Assembly (NCBI GenBank): GCA_002269645.1
Contig: NIVC01000699.1
Span: 1-43,319 of the forward strand
Source: Macrostomum lignano
Taxonomy: Eukaryota
Length of the DNA stretch: 43,319 nt
Direction: 5' to 3'
Below the pieces are notes generated by a model that did not search any database, was not told where the DNA came from, and worked only from the letters and a program-made list of their open reading frames with translations. This document shows, piece after piece, positions 25,101-35,390 of this stretch (the first letter of the stretch is position 1; every line of letters starts with the position of its first letter). A program made the position numbers and the translations under genes.

Positions 25101-27794
25101 GAGGCTGGCCCAGCAACTGATGATGATCTGGGAGGCTGGCTCAGCAACTGATGATGATCTAGGAGGCTGGCCCAGCAACTGATGATGATCTGGGAGGCTG
25201 GCACAGCAACTGATGATGATCTGGGAGGCTGGCCCAGCAACTACTGATGATCTGGGAGGCTGGCTCAGCAACTGATGATGATCTGGGAGGCTGGCTCAGC
25301 AACTGATGATGATCTGGGAAGCTGGCCCAGCAACTGGGGATCTGGGAGGCTAGCCCAGCAACTGGAGATCTGGGAGGCTGGCCCAGCAACTGGGGATCTG
25401 GGAGGCTGGCCCAGCAACTGGGGATCTGGGAGGCTAGCCCAGCAACTGGAGATCTGGGAGGCTGGCCCAGCAACTGAGGATCTGGGAGGCTGGCCCAGCA
25501 ACTACTGATGATCTGGGAGGCTGGCTCAGCAACTGATGATGATCTGGGAGGCTGGCTCAGCAACTGATGATGATCTGGGAAGCTGGCCCAGCAACTGGGG
25601 ATCTGGGAGGCTAGCCCAGCAACTGGAGATCTGGGAGGCTGGCCCAGCAACTGGGGATCTGGGAGGCTGGCCCAGCAACTGGGGATCTGGGAGGCTAGCC
25701 CAGCAACTGGAGATCTGGGAGGCTGGCCCAGCAACTGGGGATCTGGGAGGCTGGCCCAGCAACTGGGGATCTGGGAGGCTGGCCCAGCAACTGACACTCT
25801 GGGAGGCTGGCCCAGCAACTGACACTCTGGGAGGCTGGCCCAGCAACTGGGGATCTGGGAGGCTGGCCCAGCAACTGAGGATGCAGGATGAAGCAGCTCG
25901 ATAAAAAAGAGGGGAACCTATAAAGCTACAAAGGAGAAGGTGAAGAATAGGCAAGAGCCAAAGCCGCACACACACACACCGGATGTAGCACTCTGGCGTG
26001 GCGGGCCGCTTAGGCAGCTGATAGGCGGGGTCCACCAGTTCGTATCGAGGCGAAGGAATTTTCCCCGGCGGACTGGCGGGCTGGCCTGGCACCACGGAGC
26101 TCGCGCGGGGCGCTCTCGGCTTGTGCGGCTGTTGCTGCTGCTGCTGATTATGACGGCCAGCCTTGCCAGCTTTACCAGTTTTACCTGGCTTGCCTGGCTT
26201 ACCTGGTTTACCTGGCTTGCCAGTGGTAGATTGAGAAGTAGAGTCTACATCATTTGGCGAAGGCGATCCTGTAGCGGTGTTATTCGATGCTTCCGGTTCG
26301 CCTGCGAGTTTTTGGGGGTTGGGTTCTAAAACTCAAGCCTCATGGATCATTCATGATGGGGATTTGAGAATGGGATCATAAGACACTGAGGTGTATTGAG
26401 GATTATTCATGATGGGGATCTGAGAAAGGGATCATAAGACACTGAGGAGTATAGATGGGATCATTCATGATGGGGATTTGAGAATGGGATCAAAAGACAC
26501 TGAGGAGTATTGAGGATTATTCATGATAGGGATTTGATAATGGGATCATAAGACACTGAGGTGTATTGAGGATTATTCATGATAGGGATTTGAGAATGGG
26601 ATCATAAGACACTGAGGTGTATTGAGGATTATTCATGATAGGGATTTGAGAATGGGATCATAAGACACTGAGGTGTATTGAGGATTATTCATGATAGGGA
26701 TTTGAGAATGGGATCATAAGACACTGAGGAGTATTGAGGATTATTCATAATATGGATTTGAGAATGGGATCATAAGACACTGAGGTGTATTGAGGATTAT
26801 TCATGATAGGGATTTGAGAATGGGGTCATAAGACACTGAGGTGTATTGAGGATTATTCATAATATGGATTTGAGAATGGGATCATAAGACACTGAGGTGT
26901 ATTGAGGATTATTCATGATAGGGATTTGAGAATGGGATCATAAGACACTGAGGTGTATTGAGGATTATTCATAATATGGATTTGAGAATGGGATCATAAG
27001 ACACTGAGGTGTATTGAGGATTATTCATGATAGGGATTTGAGAATGGGATCATAAGACACTGAGGTGTATTGAGGATTATTCATAATATGGATTTGAGAA
27101 TGGGATCATAAGACACTGAGGTGTATTGAGGATTATTCATGATAGGGATTTGAGAATGGGATCATAAGACACTGAGGAGTATTGAGGATTATTCATAATA
27201 GGGATTTGAGAATGGGATCATAAGACACTGAGGAGTATTGAGGATTATTCATGATAGGGATTTGAGAATGGGATCATAAGACACTGAGGAGTATTGAGGA
27301 TTATTCATAATATGGATTTGAGAATGGGATCATAAGACACTGAGGAGTATTGAGGATTATTCATGATAGGGATTTGAGAATGGGATCATAAGACACTGAG
27401 GTGTATTGAGGATTATTCATGATAGGGATTTGAGAATGGGGTCATAAGACACGTGAGCAGATTAGCGAGCATGAACAATGAGAAGAGTCTACCAACCAGA
27501 CACGGAGGCCGCATCCTCCTGAGTGACAATACAAACATGCAGCGGCTCTTCAATCGGCCAACGAACAGTTCGGCCCTCCAATTCGAAGGTGACATATCGT
27601 TGAGACTCTTCGTAAGTCAATTGCTGCTCACTAGTGCTCAAAGAGGCGCCAGTACGATCGGGCGAGCCAGAAGCCGCCGAGGCGGATGCTGCTGCAACGC
27701 CAGAACAGTCGGCAAAGGAGGCACCAGCGGGGCCGTCGCTAGTCGTAGATGCACTCGGACCTCCATGCGACTTCTCCATGTGGCCTCGTATGCC
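13115..27794 (-). CDS. BRPF1: BRPF/peregrin-family MOZ/HBO1 scaffold (EPC-N, PHD-Zn knuckle-PHD, bromodomain, PWWP), ~1040 aa; exons ~27794-27497, 26301-25980, 24510-24006, 23712-23362, 20341-19868, 19326-18686, 13658-13115
   Basis: Motifs [97 protein letters not shown], bromodomain [36 protein letters not shown]. All six junctions are GT-AG and phase-consistent. The true start is uncertain. The symbol denotes the single invertebrate BRPF1/BRD1/BRPF3 co-ortholog. Confidence 0.95.
15108..18001 (+). CDS. DEG/ENaC (amiloride-sensitive sodium channel family) subunit, 594 aa, nested antisense in BRPF intron 6; exons 15108-15597, 15692-16066, 16225-16663, 17521-18001
   Basis: TM1 preceded by SSIRGL, then [36 protein letters not shown], a Cys-rich thumb ([17 protein letters not shown]; CARPCNT) and TM2 [25 protein letters not shown]. 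Three GT-AG introns with phases 1, 1 and 2 join into one open frame of 1785 nt. Confidence 0.92.
16775..17395. repeat. 32-bp minisatellite (TCTCTGGATCTCTGCCTTCATTCAGACTGTAG, with 37-bp variants) in DEG/ENaC intron 3
   Basis: About 19 units between the donor at 16664 and the acceptor at 17520. Confidence 0.95.
18490..18680. repeat. Low-complexity purine tract (pyrimidine-rich on the BRPF sense strand) directly after the exon 6 donor
   Basis: GA-rich run that produces the Pro/Ser/Leu and Gly/Arg/Glu ORFs in the track. Confidence 0.8.
19465..19740. repeat. 17-bp repeat (TCTACAGGGTGAGATAA) in BRPF intron 5
   Basis: Perfect units at ~19545-19620, degenerate flanks. Confidence 0.85.
20380..23300. 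repeat. 23-bp minisatellite (GATTCTTAGTGCCATAGCATCCA), ~125 copies, BRPF intron 4
   Basis: Continuous ~2.9-kb array with interspersed AGCATCC / ACCCTCC / AGCCTCC variants. Confidence 0.98.
23770..23965. repeat. ~21-bp repeat (GGATAATCCTAGGTACGATTA) in BRPF intron 3
   Basis: About 9 units. Confidence 0.85.
24545..25880. repeat. 28-31-bp minisatellite (GAGGATCTGGGAGGCTGGCCCAGCAACT family) in BRPF intron 2
   Basis: About 45 units with variant blocks; explains the 28-aa periodic ORFs at 24503-26095. Confidence 0.97.
26340..27450. repeat. 56-bp minisatellite (GGGATCATAAGACACTGAGGTGTATTGAGGATTATTCATGATAGGGATTTGAGAAT) in BRPF intron 1
   Basis: About 20 near-identical units. Confidence 0.97.
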
Positions 27795-27895
27795 CTAGGC
27801 ATATGGGTTGGACATTGTGCATGAGAAATTTCTGCACCCCAATCATTTTGATGCTCCAAAGTGTAAGTGTAAGATGCCGCCCGTTAGGAAAAACT

Positions 27896-28134
27896 TTGCA
27901 GCGACGACAATGACGACAAGCAACGACAGGATAGAGACGACAGCCTTGTCGTCGATTTACTATTAATTTACTAAAATAAGTATGATTTGTTCAACTCAGT
28001 AGTATCTTGCAAATGCGCGCTTCCAAATCCGCTTTGTTGCCTGCTTTCTATCGGTCTCTGTTTGGTCGACTGCCAATGGCGACGACAGGGTGATTTGTCG
28101 TCAACTTGTCGTCCTCAGCCTGTCGTCGCTGCAA
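27896..28134. mobile_element. Possible MITE/foldback remnant with 14-bp perfect terminal inverted repeats
   Basis: TTGCAGCGACGACA (27896-27909) and TGTCGTCGCTGCAA (28121-28134), with internal GACGACA/TGTCGTC motifs. No target-site duplication was found. Confidence 0.45.
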
Positions 28135-31100
28135 TTCTTTCCCAGCATTCCATACATAGACTGCACACTGGTGTGGGAAAATGAACACAAGAAACTGCGC
28201 ACAAAATGGCTACTGCTAAAGAAGCACATGCGAGTGCTCACTGCTCGCTGCAGACTGCAGCTGCTTCTCTGTGATGGTGGTGGTTCTGCCCATAAACTAC
28301 CACGGAATCTAAGGGGCTAGTCACAGATCCTAGAAAACACTTAAGAAAGCATTTAGGAAAGAGCCATTGCTGTCACCTACTCGAATCGCCTACATCTGCA
28401 ACAGAACTCCCAACATCTATGAGTCAGTCATGCACCCCAAAATGTGCTGGTGCCTTGAAGAAAATTTCACTTGGAATAAAATAGTTTATTCTGCATCCAT
28501 TTGAGATATAGACATAACTTTAATCTTGAGGGGAAATCGGCATTCTGTTCCATGTGTGGAATTTATCCCACAATGCGTCACATATTTAGCGGATGAATTT
28601 GCCGCTTTAAGGTGGAACCCATCATGCAGCATTATTGACCCTGGGTCAATACTACTGTAGTACTACTGTATGTTCTGTACACACCCTCGCAGTTCTGAAA
28701 TCAGGTAATAATTACAGATATAACATAAATTTTTGTTACATAGCAAAACATTCCAAAATAAAAAATCAAACCTGAAAAGTTTTGTACACAGCTCCACATT
28801 CCTGTACTGGACATGGATAGGGTGGTTTTGTGCCGCGACAATTCTCAATAAAAGCGCCAATGTCAAAGTCCACTGGCATGGCTTAATATTGATTAGTGGT
28901 TGAGATGGCTGAAATGGGTGGATAGGTGTTTACTTGGCTAAAATATGCCAGAATATCTATAATAATTAGTAGCTAAATTGTATAATTAAAAAATGAAGGA
29001 ATAAATTTGCAACATATTTTATATCAAAATCTATGTAAGGCAATGCAAACTCGACATTGTGATTGATATTGACTTTTTTGAAGTAACTAGAAATCCCAAT
29101 TTATCCCAATTTATATGAAATATCAAATGAAGCATACTTTTTACAATAATTCCACTGTAACCAAAATTTCTTATCGATCTCTGTAGCAGTATCTAAATTC
29201 CATTTGTGTAGCCTATCTGTATTCCTAATCTATATCTGTAGCTAATTAATTTCCTATAACTACCCATAACTTCTAATGATTCTAATCTAAATTTAATTTT
29301 TAAAGTTGCTTTGCTACAATTAACTAAGTTAATTGAATATTATGTCTTAGCAATTACTATTTAAACATGTACTGATGCTTCTTCATTTGCTTGTGTAGGA
29401 TTGATGCCTTGATTAAAATAGGACTAAATCATTTTAATTTGGGTTCTCATGGTTGTAATAAGACTTGATTTTAATTATGTTGGTAAGGCTTTGTGCTTAT
29501 AGTTGCAGTAGCTATTATTTATTCTAATTAAGACAATTAATAGTAATTGCTAAGTTTACACAATTATTGTGCATATTAGACCTTTGTATTATATACAAGC
29601 ATACCATATTATTAGGTTAGCTATTAATTTTCATAAGTGACAAAAAACAAAACAGGGATAGTTCTAGATAGATCCTTGTTAGTTGAAATAAATGTTTTAT
29701 CTTAAACAACAATAACAAAATATATCTTTTGTATATTTGTATTCTTAGGCACTTAGAAAGGTATATTATGCATATTTGATTTCAATAATAGAAAATCCAT
29801 AGTTATAGGCTTATTTAACTAGTAAAATAGCATACTATAACAAATATCAATGCAAATATTAGACCTACCAATTTAGTATATTTACTATTACATAATCGGG
29901 TCATTACACAATAGGGTCCCATCATGTTTTTTAACTTTAAGCATTTGTAACTTTTGAACTATAATAGATAGAAAAAAGCTACAAAAAGCAATCTTATAGA
30001 ACTATATAAACTTATAGTTATAACAAATATTTCTGCACAATTTAAACAAGATATAATATTCAATTTTACAAAGTCATTCTGATTTAATAGTAATATTTAA
30101 CAACACTTAAAATGATTTGAAAGTAAAATTACTTAATTTTATATAATAAAAGCACTTTTACTAAGTAGGCCTTAGTCTTTGTTTAAAAATATTTACCTTA
30201 TTTGTTGAAACTATTTGTATTGAATTTTCTTTGCTAGTATAATATATAAACAAATCAATTATGCAGCACTACGCTTGTACCATATAATTATAAAGTATAG
30301 CATATAATTATACAGTTCAATTATGCAGCACTAGTTACTATTAAATTAAAGCACTACCAGATAAGCATAGCATATCTGCAGAAAAATGGGCCACAGAGCT
30401 AGCATATAGTGTAGCTATTGGTATACATAAGACCTAAATGTCATAATTTAAGTTGTGCAAGAAGGTCCTATATTGTTGCAATGCAAAAAAGCTCTTTTAT
30501 TGTTGCAATGCCTATCTGAAAATTTCTAGCATGTATATCATGAATAAATTCATTTTTTAATATAAACTTCAATTTATTCACAGGATTAATTATTTCAACA
30601 CATAAATTATATAACAGAAACTATATAACACATTTAAGAGTAGAATAGGGTAGGGACCTATAAGTTAGCATAGGTCTATATTAGGTCTAAGTTTTTTATT
30701 TTTGAAAAATTACACGAACTCAGTCTTCTTTAACAAAACTGTTTACAAGAACTATATAAATACATTTAGTTTTGTTTTAAAGTGGTAATTTAATCTAAAA
30801 TAAAAAAATTACATCACAGGAAAAATTCGCAATCAAGTTTTTAACGCAGTCAAAATCACGACTTTCAGTAATATAAATATCTAAGATCGTAAGATCTCAG
30901 CTAAAGTTAGTCTATGGTATCTCGAAACATCTGAAAGTGTTTAAAAGTAGCGCCAGCTGCGTTAACAAGCATAAACAAAGAACTTGCAGCATCAGGATTT
31001 TCTTTAATATTGTAATTTCAATTTATAGTTTTCGTTTTTCTAGGCAGCTGACCATTTTATTAGCCTAATATTTATCAATTAAGTGGAAGGTACTTTTATA

Positions 31101-31195
31101 TCCGGTCCTCTCTATCAACCTTACTTTGGCTGGACCCAGTGTCAATTCTACTGCTGCCATCTATAACTAGACTAGAACTAAATTATTTGGTTGCA

Positions 31196-34100
31196 ATGAT
31201 AAGCGTGAAGAGTCATTTTCTTCTTCGATTGATGCCAAGAGTTTTTTACAATGGCCATGCTACTGGCATTGTAGGCTTAAACACTTCCATTTTGCAAAGC
31301 TCCCAAGCCATCCATATGTGCTGCATGTCCACTGCCAATAGACCTATACTTTTGCCTCTCAACAAAGTCTTGAATAATGTCAATGGTAGCCCTTGTGGCT
31401 TTCCAAAAAGATCTTTGGCTGGAGCTCATAAAGATGACTATATTCTTGATCAGAATTCACTTACAGAAGCAGAAAAGCAAGAAATTGAAGCTTCTGTAAA
31501 AGAAGACTTTGAGGTAATGCATTCAAGTTAAAAAAAAAGAATTTTATTAGATTTAGCTATAGTATAGTATGTTTTATTTCATTTTCAATAATGAAATTGA
31601 AATGTAATGTCCATATAAAATATAAAAAACTACTAGGGTAGAGGCTATTTGATTTTTTTATTTGTGCCTCATATTGTCTTGTTAAGGCCTATTTTAGACA
31701 TAGTTCTAGTGTTAACTCTTGTAGTATTATTTTTTGAATCCTAAACAATTTGAAAAAAATTTAGCAAAAATTTAATTTGCTAGGGGCCTAAAATAGATTA
31801 TAAATATAACCTTTTTTGCTAACTATATTTGTATACCAGCATGGAATTCTTGCATCTGGCATATAAAACAGAAAATTGCAACTTTTTGTTGGTTCGCAAT
31901 TCCATATTGAACAAAACGCAATTTTTACAATCTTAAGCAAAATTGAGTGGCGTAGTTTTTGGCATTACCAATTGTCAAAATAATGTTTTGCAATAGTCTC
32001 ATATTCTTATTTTCAGACAACTCATTACAATTAATAGAACACTGATTATCTTTGTTTTTTTAGGTAAAAAAATTAATTTTCAACAGTTATGTTTAAAAAA
32101 ACAAACTATAAAATGTTATGTTTTAGTAATAGTAGTAATTATACACTTAATACTATAAAATCAGTAATTTAAACTGTGCAAACAGTCGCAAAATAATTGG
32201 CAATTTTTGTCGCATTTTTTGCAGCCTGTACAGATATGCAATTTTTTGCATTGCGCAATTTTTCGCATTTTTTTTCCAAAATGCAAAAACGCATTACAAT
32301 TTTCGTACAAGAATTTCATTCTGGTTTGTATATAGTCAAAAGTTAATGATCAAAAAGGCAATAGTCCAAAGGATCCTAATATATTTAAATGAATTATACA
32401 ATAGATCATAGTGATATTTTAATTGTTAAAATGTATAAATAGTTAAAATATATTAGACTTATAAGTTATATTAGTATTCTATATATTCTATACTATATAC
32501 CTATATTAGTATTCTATATTAGGGTATCTAATAAGAAAAAAAATGAAATCCATTTTTTAATCATCTTACATTACTGCCCTAGATTTTATAAGTGAAATGA
32601 TATTATACTTTTATATACTATTATACTTCTCCAGTTGAGAAGACTGGGCTCTCTGTCTTCTCAACTGGAAGCCTTCTATTAGCTCTTAGTAGCATAGGTA
32701 ATGCTACCACTAGTTTCTTTTAGGTCTTGGCCTTCAGTGGGATAAGCTTCCTGTCAAAACAAAATAAATAAGTCAATAAACTCAGTACAGCATGCAAATT
32801 TGCAGATTAATAAACAAGGTGTCCTGGTCAGCAGATCCTGCCAGGCTCAAGGGGTGGCTGGGAAGACAATGTTAGTCTCCCTTAGGCTTTGGCATCTAAG
32901 TTTAGTCTAGCCAATTACAGATAGCTTAAATGGGCAAGTGAACAAAGTTTAGAAAACTAGACTAAAGAAGAACAATAAGAATACAAATCCTTGACTGAAC
33001 CAAGGGTGAAGGGCATGTATTTATAGGCTAGGGAAACCCCACTGAGCCAGTGTGCGCCAGACCTTGTGACTCTGTTCTATTTTTAGAACTGACATCACCC
33101 TGCACCTTAGAGAAGGCAGGGTCTATGAGTAAAGTGCATAGGGCTGCATGACTTAGTATCTACTTTTAAAAACATGAGTCACCTGTTATCTTAGAGAAGG
33201 CAAGGGCCCAAAGCACATGATTCCTCCCATAAACATAGGACAACAAGTGCATTAAACATATTTACTGCACTTTAGGACTTCAAGAACACAAGACTTGTCA
33301 GGTGACTTGCTCACCTAACAAGGGAAATAGGCCACCAGTGCAACCTCAGGACAGGAATGAAATGCAGAGCAGGCCATAGCAGAGAAAGCTCGTGTTACAA
33401 GCAAGTGCGCAAAGAAAAAAGTGGGCACCAGATAATAGGCAGCAAAGGGGAAAGGAGGCTGTCTAGCAGTTGACCCAGGGTGAGGGCAAAAAAAGCTGCT
33501 AATAAGCTGCAATGCCTAACACCAAACTAGCGGATCACTATATTAGTCAACTACTGGCATACCTAGTGCACTTGTACAGTTTGCCTAGTATATCTGATAT
33601 ACAATTAAAAATATTTTTGGGTAACTTCTAGCATATATATAATATGATTCTGACTATGGATTGAATTATGCATTACTGCATAATAATATAAATATATCAA
33701 TATTTAAAAAAAGTCTAATCCATTTTACCAAATATATTAAAATAAACATGGGTCTAATATATGTGAAATTCTAATTACAATAAAAATATTGTGAGTGTCA
33801 CCCTTTTGACTTGTAGCCCTTATTCCTAAGCTCATGATCCTACATATACTAATTTACCAAAAATTCAGATGTAGTACTAATTATATGACAAGGCATTCAG
33901 CTGTAATAAGACAGTTACAGTTATTCCTGCCATTTACCCAAAATTGCTAATGAATTGATTTTCATTTAAAATGAATTGGAATTGCAAAACAATCATTAAG
34001 CAAATATAAATCATTTAATTCAAGTTCCTTCCTTGTTTGTTTAATTTATACCTAATTTAAAATATCATTATTTGGATTTTTATATTTTAAGACTAATCAG

Positions 34101-34706
34101 TTTTCAACTTTTAGCAATCTGTATAAACTTGGAGTCTGCAGGCTTTTGAAATTTCTATGGGTCAGAGAGGCTCAGAACTATAAAGGATAGTTTAGATATA
34201 TTGCTTCATTATTTCTCTAGCCAGTATCTCAGTTTTCATTTTGGCATCCTGAGTTTGGACCCAGAACTCCAAAATGGCATTGTGATAAAGGCACAACTCT
34301 ATTTAACAGGTGGTTGAGACCCATTTTAATTTGTTAGCAATCTCTGGCCTGCAAAGCTGCTGGCTACATCAGACAACTGGCGACATTAATTTATTTTGAA
34401 ACTTCGATTGCACTCTAGGACTGGATTCCTCATGGCTACAACCCGGCAGACAAAGAGGACGACATCTTCCGGCACAAAATGTTCCTATTCTCCTCCATCA
34501 CTCTGGGCTTCGTCGTGTTCATGTACTTCTTAGTGCACATCCCGCCGCCAAATAAGCGCGAATGGGTGACCCGCGAGGCCTACCTAGAATTGGAGAGACG
34601 GCAAAGGCTAGGCCTGCCGCTTGTTGATCGGAATCTAATCCCAGAAGATCAGATTCTGCTGCCTACTGAGGAAGAATTGGGCGACGACTATGAGATCATT
34701 ATCTAA
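31196..34706 (+). CDS. NDUFB11: Complex I subunit NDUFB11 (ESSS/NP15.6), ~201 aa; exons 31196-31513 and 34419-34706
   Basis: Exon 2 reads DWIPHGYNPADKEDDIFRHKMFLFSSITL, a TM helix, then EWVTREAYLELERRQRLGLPLVDRNLIPEDQILLPTEEELGDDYEIII, matching the ESSS C-terminus. Exon 1 has a presequence-like start and a phase-0 GAG|GTAATG donor; it is less certain than exon 2. Confidence 0.85.
31836..32324. mobile_element. Non-autonomous DNA transposon (hAT-like MITE, 489 bp) in the NDUFB11 intron
   Basis: TIRs CCAGCATGGAATTCTTG and CCAGAATGAAATTCTTG (right end read as reverse complement); exact 8-bp TSD TTTGTATA at 31828-31835 and 32325-32332. Confidence 0.8.
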
Positions 34707-35390
34707 ATATTCGAATTCGATTGAGCTGCAACTGGTCTGAACCTGTCAGTTGATGGACAATTTTTACTGTTTAGTTTTTTGTCCACACTCTCCCTCCCTT
34801 CATAAATGGCAAGCACTAACTGTCTTGCTGAAAATTGCTTGTGTAGGATAGTTCTCTTTTTAAATTCAAAGTGACGTTTCTGTCATCTTAAAATAATATG
34901 TAGCAAATATCGATTTTAGGTATAAACTTATTATTGTCGTACTTTGGTTTAATAATATCAAACTACGCCCTTAGTTTTTTCGCGTATTTACTTACTCACT
35001 CGTGTCCGTGTTCTACCCCTCTGTTGCAACTGTCCGACACTGTATCCGCGTCAACCTTACTTCAAAACAGTAAAATTAGATTCTTAATGTTGCTGTGTTA
35101 ATGCCACTTGGTTTAGCAACTATAGCTGGATAAATTAAATTCAAATATTACATTGTCAATTTCCTTGGACGCTGTGTTGTTTGACTTGTCTTTTTTGATG
35201 TGAAAGAGATCAGACAACATTAAATAAAATAGGATCTACTCAGATTAAACACAAAAAAAAGAATCAAGAGCAGCATTGGCACGAAAGGGGATGCGCGGAA
35301 GCTATCCCATAAAAGCAACAACTTGAATTAAAAGTATATTTGGCGTTACGAATGCAAACACCGATGCAAGAAAATTGGAACAATAAAACT

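Noticed and set aside
2535-26095. Long periodic ORFs (e.g. 2535-3131, 6372-7069, 7922-8363, 11500-12246, 24503-26095) as repeat proteins
   Set aside because: They are translations of stop-free minisatellite units, open in several frames or on both strands, and lie inside introns or spacers defined by conserved flanking exons.
20380-27450. 23-56-bp repeats as CRISPR arrays
   Set aside because: Units are head-to-tail with no unique spacers, there are no cas genes, and the context is spliceosomal introns.
28633-28651. Quasi-palindrome TATTGACCC-T-GGGTCAATA as a nuclear-receptor element or Helitron end
   Set aside because: The half-sites are everted rather than the canonical IR1 arrangement, there is no properly placed CTRR terminus, and it is a single short occurrence.
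32752-33521. Solo-LTR-like segment (TG...CA ends, minus-strand CTATAAATAC)
   Set aside because: No target-site duplication, primer-binding site or second LTR is visible; it needs a copy-number search.
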